Assembly: GCA_046290225.1 (NCBI GenBank)
Contig: JBKAGE010000011.1
Span: 1 to 50,786, forward strand
Direction of reading: 5' to 3'
DNA from: Bradymonadia bacterium
GTDB lineage: Bacteria; Myxococcota_A; Bradymonadia; UBA7976; UBA1532
Length of the DNA: 50,786 bases
This document shows positions 19,118 to 28,412 of the stretch, one piece after another. The notes below the pieces were generated by a model. It was given only the letters and a program-made list of their open reading frames with translations. It was not told the DNA's origin and did not search any database. A program made the position numbers and the translations under genes. Within the stretch, counting starts at the first letter, position 1. Every line of letters begins with the position of its first letter.

Positions 19118-19252
19118 ATGGTTCTCCTGCTCTGGTGATTGATGTGCCTCGACAGGCACCCACAGAAGACATTCGAGGGGATGTTTCCGAATCTGACTGG
19201 CGTATGCGTGTTTCGTGTTGAAATGCGTTGGTGTTGTCGGTACACACTGGCT

Positions 19253-19708
19253 ATGGGCCAACATGTACAACGCGTCGAATTCTACAGCGTGCAAGGGGAG
19301 TGGGGGGAGTTCTCCAACTTCGCCGAGTACCCCATTCGCCTTGCGGGCAAGACCTGGTCATCGGTGGAGCACTACTTCCAGGCGATGAAGTTCAAGGACA
19401 AGGCCCTGCAAGAAAAGGTGAGGCGCACCAGGACGCCGAGCCTCGCCGCGCGTATGGGCCGTGATCGCAAGCTGCCCCTGCGTCGCGACTGGGAGTCGGC
19501 GAAGGTAAACGTCATGCGCGATGCGGTGCGGGCGAAGTTCACCCAACACGACGATCTTCGGGCGCTGCTGCTGAGCACGGGGGATGCGCGCATCATCGAG
19601 CACACTGAGAACGACGCCTATTGGGGCGACGGCGGTGATGGCCGGGGGAAGAACATGCTGGGGCGCATCTTGATGCAGGTGCGTGCGGAGTTGGAGAGAG
19701 TCGAATGA
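19253..19708 (+). CDS. ybiA: NADAR family protein (YbiA-like)
   Basis: FSNF, SVEHYFQAMKF, KFTQH..L..LLLSTG, IIEHTENDAYWGDG and GKNMLGRILM. Confidence 0.9.
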   Translation: MGQHVQRVEFYSVQGEWGEFSNFAEYPIRLAGKTWSSVEHYFQAMKFKDKALQEKVRRTRTPSLAARMGRDRKLPLRRDWESAKVNVMRDAVRAKFTQHDDLRALLLSTGDARIIEHTENDAYWGDGGDGRGKNMLGRILMQVRAELERVE

Positions 19709-19783
19709 GCCTCAGCAGCTGGGTGTCACTGGAAAGTATTTCGTGAGGACCTCTTTGTCAGAAGGCTCTCCTGACCTGGTCGT

Positions 19784-20797
19784 TCAGCACTCCACTGACT
19801 GCAGCGCGGACAACAGCTCAGATGCACTCTGATATCTCTGTGCAGGTGATTTGGAGAGTGCTTTGAATACAATGGCTTCGAGTGCTTCCGGAACACTTGT
19901 GTCGGGACGGAAATATTTGAAGGGCTCTGGCATGCTGTTGAGCTGAGAAAAGAGCATGGCAGCTGGATGCTCTTTGAGTTGTTGAAATGGGTGCATGCCC
20001 ATGAGCAGTACGTACAGGATCATCCCGATGGCATAGATATCAACGCGATGATCGATCTTCAGAGGTGTACGAATCTGCTCAGGTGACATGAACCCAACCG
20101 AGCCCAACAGGGTGTGCTCACGTGTCAACGTGTTGACCCCGTCGATGTTTCCCATTTTTGAGATGCCGAAGTCGAGAAGCTTCATGTGGGGACGACCATC
20201 AGGCCCTTCACAGACAATGAGGTTCTTGGGCTTCAGATCGCGGTGTACGATGCCCCGACTGTGTGCTTCTTCCAAAGCGCTACAGACTTGAGTGATGAGC
20301 TGCACCGCTTCTTCTGCTTCGAGGCATTTTTTCTCTTTGAGAAGCTCGTGCAGAGTCGGTCCGTCAAGATATTCCATACAGATGTATATCTGGCCCTCAG
20401 GGGTAGTGTCCCAGCGATGCACCCTCACTGTATGAGGTGAGCTCAGCATACGCGCCATACGAAACTCGCGAATGAACCGCCTTCTCCTTCGTACCCTGTC
20501 CTCGTTGTCGTCGATCAGGACCTTGAGCGCCACCACCTGACCACCCTTGAGATCGAGAGCATGATAGACGACCGCCATCCCGCCCTGACCCAAACAAGAC
20601 AAGATCCGATAGCGTTGATCGAAGAGCGTGCCAGGAGGTAGAGGTGCGAGGCGCAGTGGGATGCTGAGCTTCGATAGCGCTTGCCCGTTATACTCATCAA
20701 AGGAAGCCGCGTCCCCATATGAGAGTGTTTGCCCTTCCTGAATGGTCTGACCACAATCATGGTGGTACGGGTACACTGCACGGATGTGAGCGTTCAT
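19784..20797 (-). CDS. Soluble Hanks-type Ser/Thr protein kinase
   Basis: LGQGGMAVVY, VALK, HRDLKPKN, LDFG, FMSPE and DIYAIG; no TM or sensor domain. Confidence 0.9.
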   Translation of the reverse strand: MNAHIRAVYPYHHDCGQTIQEGQTLSYGDAASFDEYNGQALSKLSIPLRLAPLPPGTLFDQRYRILSCLGQGGMAVVYHALDLKGGQVVALKVLIDDNEDRVRRRRRFIREFRMARMLSSPHTVRVHRWDTTPEGQIYICMEYLDGPTLHELLKEKKCLEAEEAVQLITQVCSALEEAHSRGIVHRDLKPKNLIVCEGPDGRPHMKLLDFGISKMGNIDGVNTLTREHTLLGSVGFMSPEQIRTPLKIDHRVDIYAIGMILYVLLMGMHPFQQLKEHPAAMLFSQLNSMPEPFKYFRPDTSVPEALEAIVFKALSKSPAQRYQSASELLSALQSVEC

Positions 20798-20860
20798 GTC
20801 ATCTCTCTTGAGTCGGGCAGGTGGTAGGGGGTTAGACTGCTTGTATGATCCGTGTGGCGC

Positions 20861-22177
20861 TCAGCGCCAGGCTCTCTCCATGGGGCGCGAGCTCATGAGC
20901 AGTGCAGAGGTCTGCTCTGCATGGAGCGCCCTGATGGGCACGGTAGGTGGAATATAGATCGCGTATCCCGATCCACACCCTTTCACCGTGCATCCGAGCA
21001 TTGAAGACTCTTGTTGCCCAGAGCCAGAGAGCAGTATGGGGTGATCATGACGAGCGGTGCGTATACCCTCAATGTGCTCGCCACCCCCAATGTCGATCTG
21101 TACGGAAACGCTCCCATCCAGAATCGCGAAGACGCCCTCCAGCGTGTCGTTCTCTTTGAGCAGTGTCTCACCATCAATAAAGCGAGGGGTGTAGTTCCGT
21201 GGGTCAGACACGACGGTTTGTACTGCTTCCGAGAGGCTCAACGCCCCAAGCCTTGGGGTACCAGACTGAGGGTTGCTTGGCAGCGCCAGAGTCATGGTGA
21301 GCAGCGATTGCACCCGACGCTCAAGGTAGAGCCATTGCAACATGGAGGACATTTGCTGGCCGCCTTGCTCTGACTGCAACTCGTCCAGGAGCGAATATGG
21401 CACTTTCCAGGCTTCGATGGGTGACATGGCCACGCAGTCTGCTGTGCGATCTCGATCGACTGACAGCCACCCCATCTCTCCGATCACGTCGCCTTCGCTG
21501 CGATAGCACACAAACCGGCGATGTTTTTGAAAAGGCGCCCAGACTGCCACCTGGCCACTCCGAAGAATATAGAGCGCTGTTGCAGGGTTGCCTGCCACGG
21601 CCAGGTGCTCGCCGGCCTGGTAGCTGAGTGCTTCGATTTCATCGGCCAAACGCGCTTTGAGATCATGAGAGATGTGCTGAAACAGTGGATGAGCGGTCAC
21701 CTGAGTCAGAGGGGTTGAAGCCCGAATCAATGCCCTGGGGGCATTTCGGTCTGCGAAGCGCTTCCACGCAGGGGAGGGGGCATGAGCGGTGATGGCTGCA
21801 AGATGGCGCGCCTCGATCTCAGGATCACCGAGGGCGTCGCCAATCTGCATACCCTCGGCGTGGATCTGACACGCGAGCTCTTTCTCGCCCAAGGCCACCG
21901 CCATCCCGCCTACCCACTCGAGCCCCCTGGACCGGACTCTGGGAAACCCGTCGAGCATGGCGAGCAGCTGAATGGACCGGGCAAGCCCACTGGCTGTGGG
22001 GTGTGTGGCGAACCGCTGTAGTGCACTGAGCGCGAGGTTGGCCTGCGAGCCCTCAGGGGGCTCGTCGATGACTGGAGCTGCGCCCTGACGTGTACGCGTG
22101 ATTCGATAGACCCCCTGCATGATGGAGCCCACCGCTCTGGAGAAGGCGCCCTGCTCTGCTTCCGAATGCGTCGACAT
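20861..22177 (-). CDS. Cyclic-nucleotide-binding protein (helical N-terminus, one intact and one degenerate cNMP domain)
   Basis: LYILRSGQV...GDVIGEMGW...RTADCVA phosphate-binding cassette; second domain GETLLKEND..GVFAILDGSV lacks a clear cassette. Confidence 0.78.
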   Translation of the reverse strand: MSTHSEAEQGAFSRAVGSIMQGVYRITRTRQGAAPVIDEPPEGSQANLALSALQRFATHPTASGLARSIQLLAMLDGFPRVRSRGLEWVGGMAVALGEKELACQIHAEGMQIGDALGDPEIEARHLAAITAHAPSPAWKRFADRNAPRALIRASTPLTQVTAHPLFQHISHDLKARLADEIEALSYQAGEHLAVAGNPATALYILRSGQVAVWAPFQKHRRFVCYRSEGDVIGEMGWLSVDRDRTADCVAMSPIEAWKVPYSLLDELQSEQGGQQMSSMLQWLYLERRVQSLLTMTLALPSNPQSGTPRLGALSLSEAVQTVVSDPRNYTPRFIDGETLLKENDTLEGVFAILDGSVSVQIDIGGGEHIEGIRTARHDHPILLSGSGQQESSMLGCTVKGCGSGYAIYIPPTVPIRALHAEQTSALLMSSRPMERAWR

Positions 22178-22207
22178 TCTGTCCCCATATCTGCTGTTCA
22201 ATGAGGA

Positions 22208-22234
22208 AACGAGGGCCAGGGTCGGAGCGTGACA
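22208..22234 (-). promoter_or_regulatory. Putative ECF-sigma promoter for the cNMP-kinase genes
   Basis: Minus strand TGTCAC-N17-CGTT between the sigma gene stop and the cNMP gene start. Confidence 0.45.
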
Positions 22235-22266
22235 ATTTTTGATTCGTTTTTGCGAATGGTGTGCAG

Positions 22267-22890
22267 TCAGCGCAGGTCGCTGTGATCGATGCGGCTCAAT
22301 GCCCGGCTGATCCGCTTACGTACGTTGGGCGCCGTCATACCCTTGCGGGCGGCGATTTCTGCGCTGCTCTGGCCCTCGATGAAGCGCATCTGCACCAATT
22401 CGCGATCAAGGGGGTTCAGCCGCTCGAGCAACCTGTGCACGGCGACACGTTGTTCTTCCGCTGCAAGCAAGTCATCTGGCAAAGGCGTCGGGGGGACAGG
22501 GGTTTGCGCATGCTGCCTGAGACCGGCCTGATGATGCGCGCGCTGGCTCGCCTTGACGTCGAGGGCGCGGTTGCGGATCGAGGTTCGGAGGAAGCTCAAG
22601 GGCTTGCCTTCGATCATCCGCTGGAGGAACTCTGCCTCGCCGAGCAGTCCCGCGAACTTGCACAATACGTCTTGAACGACGTCCTCTGGGCCCACTGAGG
22701 CGAGCCCTCTGACAGGATGGGCAGCCTTGAGCAGGGTGGGCAGGCAGAGCGGTACGATGCGCTCCAAGGCACGCTCGATATGGGCCATGGGGGCGTCGGT
22801 GGATAGGCCCCTGGCGCGCTCCTCGACGAGCACGGCGCTGACCCACTCGTTGGTGGGCTCAGGGGCTGGTGGGGGGGCGTGGTTGGCCAT
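22267..22890 (-). CDS. ECF-family RNA polymerase sigma factor
   Basis: Region 2 EDVVQDV...FLRTSIRNRALD; region 4 LNPLDRELVQMRFIEGQSSAEIA...NVRKRISRA. Confidence 0.88.
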   Translation of the reverse strand: MANHAPPPAPEPTNEWVSAVLVEERARGLSTDAPMAHIERALERIVPLCLPTLLKAAHPVRGLASVGPEDVVQDVLCKFAGLLGEAEFLQRMIEGKPLSFLRTSIRNRALDVKASQRAHHQAGLRQHAQTPVPPTPLPDDLLAAEEQRVAVHRLLERLNPLDRELVQMRFIEGQSSAEIAARKGMTAPNVRKRISRALSRIDHSDLR

Positions 22891-23055
22891 GGCGTGGGCA
22901 TTCTGTCAGAGCTCTTTGGTGAGAGCCAACCCGTTGAAGGTGAAAGGCGCATTGAGAGGAATTGATGAAGCTCTTCTCGCATTTGAGTCCCTTGACGGAC
23001 GGTCAGACCGCCTGATAGCTGTCACCGCGTGTCACTGTTGACCTTGGAGGGTAGG

Positions 23056-24048
23056 GTGTCGAACAAAGAGAAGATAGATGCCATCGATGTCTTCAATCGC
23101 GCCGTTGGAGAGGTCTCAGAAAAAGGGTCCAGAGATGCTGCACTGATCACAAATGGGATCGTCAACATCATCAGCCGTGCCGGTAAGGTACGACGAGGGC
23201 AGTCGGTCATCGGAGGTCTTGCGGAAGAAGACTCTGATGAAGAAGAGCAGCAAGATGAGGGTGAGCAAAAGACGCTCAAAGAGTTCAACCTGTTACTTGA
23301 TGAGGCAAACGAGCAGATCGCCCACATTTTTCACGAGTTTCATGGGTTGCCGCGTCCAGCTGCTCTCTACGAAGGGATACCCCTCCGTCGTCGGCTCGAA
23401 GCCGAGAGGGCAGTCCTTGCCAATGTGCATGACATGCTGAAGCGTAATCGAGGCTCTACTTACAGTCAGTTTGCCGCAGCGATGCGGCGAGGGTTGATGA
23501 GAGAGCCCGAGGTCGAGTATTCGGACTCGGGTGGTGTGCAGAGCCGCTCATTCTCGGTTAAGGCATCACCTATGCTTATCCCGGTGGGGGTGAGCGACAT
23601 CGCGCCATATATACAAGACCCACGCATATGGCGTGACGCTGTGGGGAGCGTAGAGTCGGCGATTCTGTCTAACATGAGTCGCGGCCCCACAAGGAGAAGG
23701 TTCAATCTGCGCAAGGTCACGAACCTGCTCTGGCCCTTCTTCTTGAATGCGTATCGATTTGATGACTCGATATACATGAAATATGAGTCCTTGCCTCGCC
23801 GAAACCCAGACTATTATCTATTGGAACACGAGTTGGTGCAGAGCCACGACGAGAAACTTCTGCGAGACGAGGGCTATATCGTCGCGCAAGGTGACGAACA
23901 CTCCACCATCGTGGCTGTTCACAAATCCATCAGGATCCGAGGGGGTGTGTTCGAAGAGCTCGAGAACACGGTGCCGATCGTCATGCAGGCCACGCTGATG
24001 ATGTGGGTCCTCCAAATCGCGTATCATGCGCGCTCCAGCAGGGTTTAA
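23056..24048 (+). CDS. Hypothetical protein with a probable START/SRPBCC helix-grip C-terminal domain
   Basis: GGAGG RBS before GTG 23056. Strand, then helix (VSDIAPYIQDPRIW), beta strands and a long C-terminal helix. Fold is inferred only. Confidence 0.5.
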   Translation: MSNKEKIDAIDVFNRAVGEVSEKGSRDAALITNGIVNIISRAGKVRRGQSVIGGLAEEDSDEEEQQDEGEQKTLKEFNLLLDEANEQIAHIFHEFHGLPRPAALYEGIPLRRRLEAERAVLANVHDMLKRNRGSTYSQFAAAMRRGLMREPEVEYSDSGGVQSRSFSVKASPMLIPVGVSDIAPYIQDPRIWRDAVGSVESAILSNMSRGPTRRRFNLRKVTNLLWPFFLNAYRFDDSIYMKYESLPRRNPDYYLLEHELVQSHDEKLLRDEGYIVAQGDEHSTIVAVHKSIRIRGGVFEELENTVPIVMQATLMMWVLQIAYHARSSRV

Positions 24049-24052
24049 TCGC

Positions 24053-26305
24053 ATGGCCGCAAGTGAAAAGAAGAACGTGTTGATTCTCGGAGGCGGGCTG
24101 AGCGGTCTCGCTGCGGCCGCAGCTCTGTCTCAGTTCGAGGAGCAGATTCAGGTCACTGTGGTCGAAAAGATGCCTTACCCAGGCGGCAAGGCTGCAAGCA
24201 CGCGGACGAGAAAGAAAGACGCTCCAGCTGAGCCTGACCGGATCATCGAGCACGGCCTGCATGTCCTCATGGGGTTTTATGAGAACACCTTTTGCCTGCT
24301 GCGTCAGGTGTATACCGCAGAGCCATACGGCTACTCTCGGGAGGACTGGCCCACCGCGCTGAGCCACATGTTCGAGGCGGACTACTCCATGACCATTAGC
24401 GAGCCTGGGCAAGATGGGCGCCCCTCACGGTGGAGACGCTTTGAGCTCATGAAGAGAGAAAGCCGCCCCGGCGAGCTTTGCTCAGCAGCAGGCTCGATTG
24501 TTGGTGATGGGGCGACGCTGACTGGAGCAGGTTTGCTTGTAGAAGAGCCATCTGCACAGGAGCCTGCCCTGGAGACGCGGATCCAGATCTACGAGATGCT
24601 CGAGCATATTCTGATCGCGACTCACACGGTCGCTTGTCAGGGCGCGATAGGTTTTTTGAGCAGCGAGCCACCAGGTGACGCCTTCGGTGTTTTGACTTCT
24701 GCGCTCTCCGAGGGGCAAGATCTCGATCTGAAGAGCGTCCCTGAGGGGATCGAACCGAGCGCCGCCGTCGCCATCTCTACGCTCTCATACGCCGCGCGTT
24801 ACTGGAGAAGGCAAGCCTGCACCGACGATTGCAAAGACAAAGATGAGTTTCGGGACGTTCTGAAAGATCTGCTGTTCTACCTCAGACTCTTTCGAGACAT
24901 TTTCTATCTGACCTTGAGGCCAGATGGAGATATTGAGCGGTCAGACGTATGGCACATCATCGACGTGCTCTCGACCACAGCCATCGGTCTCATCGCCGAT
25001 GAGGTGTACCTACCCGAACCAGGTCAGGGAGAGCTCGGTGAGTCAGAGTGGATCGAAAACCTGGCCGGCCTCGACGAACGCTCCTACCGAGGCTGGCTGC
25101 GTCACCACGGCGCACATGAGCCGACGCTGAACTGTGGCGTGATCCGCGCGATAGAGAGCGGCCTCTTCGCCCTCGAGCACGCCAAGGCAAAGGGCGGCAG
25201 GCGAGGGGTGGGCGCGGGGACCTTCATTTATGGCGCTTGGCGGATGTTGTTCGGGTACTCTGGTAGCCCGTTCTACAAAATGAAAGGTGGCATGGGCGAG
25301 ATCGTCATCGCCCCCATCTTCAATTATCTACAGTGTGAGACATCGACGCGTTTTTGGCTGGATGCAGACATCAAGTCCATCTCCATCAAGACGGAGGCGG
25401 GCGTCTCGACGGTCGACGAAGTGAAGGTGGCTCACGCTGCAAACAATGAAAGACCCGTAGGTAGAGGGTTGCCCGGTACGCATCGAGTGCCCCTTGAGCA
25501 CTTCCCGGAGATCTGTACTGGGTTTTATGGGAGGCAGTTTTGGTACGCAACGGACCAGCTGGAGGCTTTACCCAACGAGACCAGCCTTGCCGCAGGGGAA
25601 GACTTCGATGTCGTGATCCTCACGCTGCCGCCTGCTGTGAGCAGGCCGATGCTGACGTCACAGAGCTTGCCCGAGAGCCTGCGCAATGCCGTCAATGGCA
25701 TCGAAGACACGGCGGTCCTTTCTGCGCAACTCTGGTACGAGAGGTGTGTGGATGAAGACGGAAAACCCTGCGAACGAGAGGAGGATCAGAAGCACGCGGT
25801 CGTCTCCGGCGATGTGGCGCCACTCGACGTGCTCGCTGACATGAGCCACCTGAAGGATGCAGAGCCTGGGTACGGCTCAGTGGTTTATCTCTGTGGCGGG
25901 TTTGCAGACGGTCCCTCAGTTGAACCTCTATCTGTTTCACCGGGTCAGATGCTCAATCAATGGGTTCAGAGTGGGGGGGCAGAGAAGCTCAGCCGCTTGG
26001 TCGAGACGAGCACATCGGGCCAGCTTCCCAAGCTCGTGGGGTCAGTCGCTTACAAACGAGACCAACCTCACGAGCGCTACGTGTTGTCTACACCTGGCAC
26101 GCGAGTTCATCGTATTCGGGCCGACGAATCAGGGGTCAGCAACATGATGGTGGCGGGGGACTGGACCCGCACCGCGCTCTCCGTTGGCTCCGCCGAGGCG
26201 GCCGTGGTCTCTGGTTTGTTGGCTGCAAAAGCAGCACTTAAGCAAGTGGGCCTGGAAGAGCTCGCCAAAAAGATCAAAGTCTACAAAGAGCCTGGAGAGG
26301 GGTGA
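24053..26305 (+). CDS. Large FAD/NAD(P)-dependent oxidoreductase (amine oxidase / carotene desaturase superfamily)
   Basis: ILGGGLSGLAAA, GGKAAS, IEHGLHVLMGFYENTF, GGMGEIVIAP and C-terminal AGDWT...EAAVVSG. Confidence 0.85.
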   Translation: MAASEKKNVLILGGGLSGLAAAAALSQFEEQIQVTVVEKMPYPGGKAASTRTRKKDAPAEPDRIIEHGLHVLMGFYENTFCLLRQVYTAEPYGYSREDWPTALSHMFEADYSMTISEPGQDGRPSRWRRFELMKRESRPGELCSAAGSIVGDGATLTGAGLLVEEPSAQEPALETRIQIYEMLEHILIATHTVACQGAIGFLSSEPPGDAFGVLTSALSEGQDLDLKSVPEGIEPSAAVAISTLSYAARYWRRQACTDDCKDKDEFRDVLKDLLFYLRLFRDIFYLTLRPDGDIERSDVWHIIDVLSTTAIGLIADEVYLPEPGQGELGESEWIENLAGLDERSYRGWLRHHGAHEPTLNCGVIRAIESGLFALEHAKAKGGRRGVGAGTFIYGAWRMLFGYSGSPFYKMKGGMGEIVIAPIFNYLQCETSTRFWLDADIKSISIKTEAGVSTVDEVKVAHAANNERPVGRGLPGTHRVPLEHFPEICTGFYGRQFWYATDQLEALPNETSLAAGEDFDVVILTLPPAVSRPMLTSQSLPESLRNAVNGIEDTAVLSAQLWYERCVDEDGKPCEREEDQKHAVVSGDVAPLDVLADMSHLKDAEPGYGSVVYLCGGFADGPSVEPLSVSPGQMLNQWVQSGGAEKLSRLVETSTSGQLPKLVGSVAYKRDQPHERYVLSTPGTRVHRIRADESGVSNMMVAGDWTRTALSVGSAEAAVVSGLLAAKAALKQVGLEELAKKIKVYKEPGEG

Positions 26306-26308
26306 CGC

Positions 26309-27130
26309 ATGGATCTATTTTCAAAATGGGACACCATTGTAGAGAAGCTGAACGGGCTCGGTTACGAGTGGACGACGCTCGAGCGCGCCGCGAGAGATGC
26401 GGGGGTGATCACTGAAGCCTTCGCGCTCAAAAAGCTCTACAGCATCGTGCCCGACAAGCAGGCCTTGGCCCGAGCATGGTTCTTGGGCACGCTGAGTCTC
26501 GTCATCAACAATTACAAAGCCGACATCTGTGATGAGCGGCCAACGTTGGGGGATGCCCTGGAGTCGGTCATCTCCGATCTCATAGACAAGCTCACCATAC
26601 GCAGAGAGTTTTCTGTGGCCGCCATCCGTGACGCACAAGCGAGTTGGTCCATGCAGGGGCCAGAACTGAAGGAGTTTCGGCGGCAGCTTTGGGAAGAGAT
26701 CGACAAGCTGCTCAAGCTCGTCGATTGCCCACCAAAGGACGGGGGTTGCACGCCGAGCTACATCTTGCCCTCCCTCAGGTTGACTGACCCGCTGGCGAAT
26801 GGCCCTGAGGCGATGAGGGAAAACTTCATCAACTTTCTCATGGTCTTGCTCGCAGCGACGCTTCGGTACTGGGCCGAAGATACTTCTCCCGGATCTCTCT
26901 ACACACACCGCGTGTGTCGAGACGGGGTTTGGCTGCTGGCAGGGGTGCTAAGACCTGAGGCGGAGTGCCCTGAGGACAGCCCTATCCTTCGGGGGCAATC
27001 TCTCTTCAACACGTTGGGAGATCGTCAACTCACCAGCCTCGTCAAGTCGGTAGTACCTCTTCATATGGAAGACTATGTCGTGCCATTGCTCAAAGATCTC
27101 TTGAAGGGGAAGTGGCCCTTTGAAAGGTGA
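26309..27130 (+). CDS. TetR-fold protein (TetR/COQ9-like)
   Basis: GYEWTTLERAARDAGV...LYSIVPDKQAL resembles a TetR HTH; LRYWAEDTSPG..T resembles the TetR_C/COQ9 W..D.S motif. Confidence 0.55.
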   Translation: MDLFSKWDTIVEKLNGLGYEWTTLERAARDAGVITEAFALKKLYSIVPDKQALARAWFLGTLSLVINNYKADICDERPTLGDALESVISDLIDKLTIRREFSVAAIRDAQASWSMQGPELKEFRRQLWEEIDKLLKLVDCPPKDGGCTPSYILPSLRLTDPLANGPEAMRENFINFLMVLLAATLRYWAEDTSPGSLYTHRVCRDGVWLLAGVLRPEAECPEDSPILRGQSLFNTLGDRQLTSLVKSVVPLHMEDYVVPLLKDLLKGKWPFER

Positions 27131-28412
27131 CGTCCCCACCGCCGCATGGCGGCGCAACCTGCTCGCGGGGCAAGGCGCCGCGCGGGTCGCCTCTGACAAA
27201 GCGCTCGCGTCTTTGGCGCGTCCGTTCCGCAGCGCCGAGTCTCAGGCGCGTGCAGATGCTGCCCTCGACGCGAAGACCGCTGATCGTATCTTCGAGGTGC
27301 TCTCGAGGCTAAGGGGGAGCGCGCTCAAGGTGGCGCAGTTCTTCTCGATGGAGACCGACCTCGTGTCACCAGAGATGGCCAAGCGGCTACGACAGACGTG
27401 TGATCGGGTGCCAATGATGAACTCTGCCTTCGTCCGCACAGAGGTCAGGCGAGCGCTTGGGCACAGCCCAAACCGGATGTTCGTGCAGTTTGACCACAAG
27501 GCCATGGCCGCGGCGAGTATCGGCCAAGTGCACGCCGCCACGACCCACGATGGCCGATCCGTCGTGGTCAAGGTGCAATATCCAGGCATCGAACAGACCA
27601 TTATCAACGACATGCGCACCTTAAGTCGCCTGATACGCCTCACCTCCAACTCATCCTATCTGTTGTCACTGGTCGACGAGGTCAAGGCGCGGCTGCTCGA
27701 AGAGTGCGACTATCATCTCGAAGCGGAGCAACTGGCGTGGTTTGCCGCACATGGCCAAATCGAGGGCGTCAGTACGCCCGAGCCTGTGCCCGAACTGAGC
27801 AGCTCCAGGGTCCTGACCATGACCCGGATGAGCGGTGAGCCGCTGTGCGAGTGGCTGCAAGGTGACCCTTCTCAGGCGCAGCGCGAGCGCGTCGCGGGCC
27901 GGGTGCACCAGGTCTTCGTCGATGCGATTCGGCGTCACGGACGGTTACACGCAGACTCGAACCCCGGGAACTTCTTGTTCACCGATGACAAGGTCTCAGT
28001 CCTCGACTTCGGGTGCGTGCGCGCCTTGAGTGAAGACTATCGAGATCTGGTCTTGAGGCTGTGGCGAACCTTCGCTCACCCTGAGCCGAGTGAGCTGTGG
28101 TCGCTCTACGAGCAGATGGGCCTGTTCAAGAATATGCCCACGCATGAGGCAGAGGCGATGGAGGCTGAGCACCTGCTACCCTTCAGGGAGTGGCTCGCCG
28201 AGCCCCTTCGAGTCGAGCGGTTCGACTTCGGGGCCGATCCAGACTTCATCAGCCGAGGCCGTGACCTATTCTTCAGTTTTATCAAGCACCGAGCGCACTT
28301 GGGGCTTCGATCCGAGTTCGTGCTCGTCAACCGAGCGCTCTTTGGCATGTATCGATTGTTCGAGCAGCTCGGTGCCCGCGTCAGCCTTCGCGAAGCGTGG
28401 CTTGAGTCATGA
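27120..28412 (+). CDS. ABC1/UbiB (COQ8-like) atypical kinase
   Basis: LRGSALKVAQ (KxGQ variant), AAASIGQVH, VKVQYPG, ECDY..EA, HADSNPGNF and LDFGC. Confidence 0.92.
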   Translation: MKGDVPTAAWRRNLLAGQGAARVASDKALASLARPFRSAESQARADAALDAKTADRIFEVLSRLRGSALKVAQFFSMETDLVSPEMAKRLRQTCDRVPMMNSAFVRTEVRRALGHSPNRMFVQFDHKAMAAASIGQVHAATTHDGRSVVVKVQYPGIEQTIINDMRTLSRLIRLTSNSSYLLSLVDEVKARLLEECDYHLEAEQLAWFAAHGQIEGVSTPEPVPELSSSRVLTMTRMSGEPLCEWLQGDPSQAQRERVAGRVHQVFVDAIRRHGRLHADSNPGNFLFTDDKVSVLDFGCVRALSEDYRDLVLRLWRTFAHPEPSELWSLYEQMGLFKNMPTHEAEAMEAEHLLPFREWLAEPLRVERFDFGADPDFISRGRDLFFSFIKHRAHLGLRSEFVLVNRALFGMYRLFEQLGARVSLREAWLES

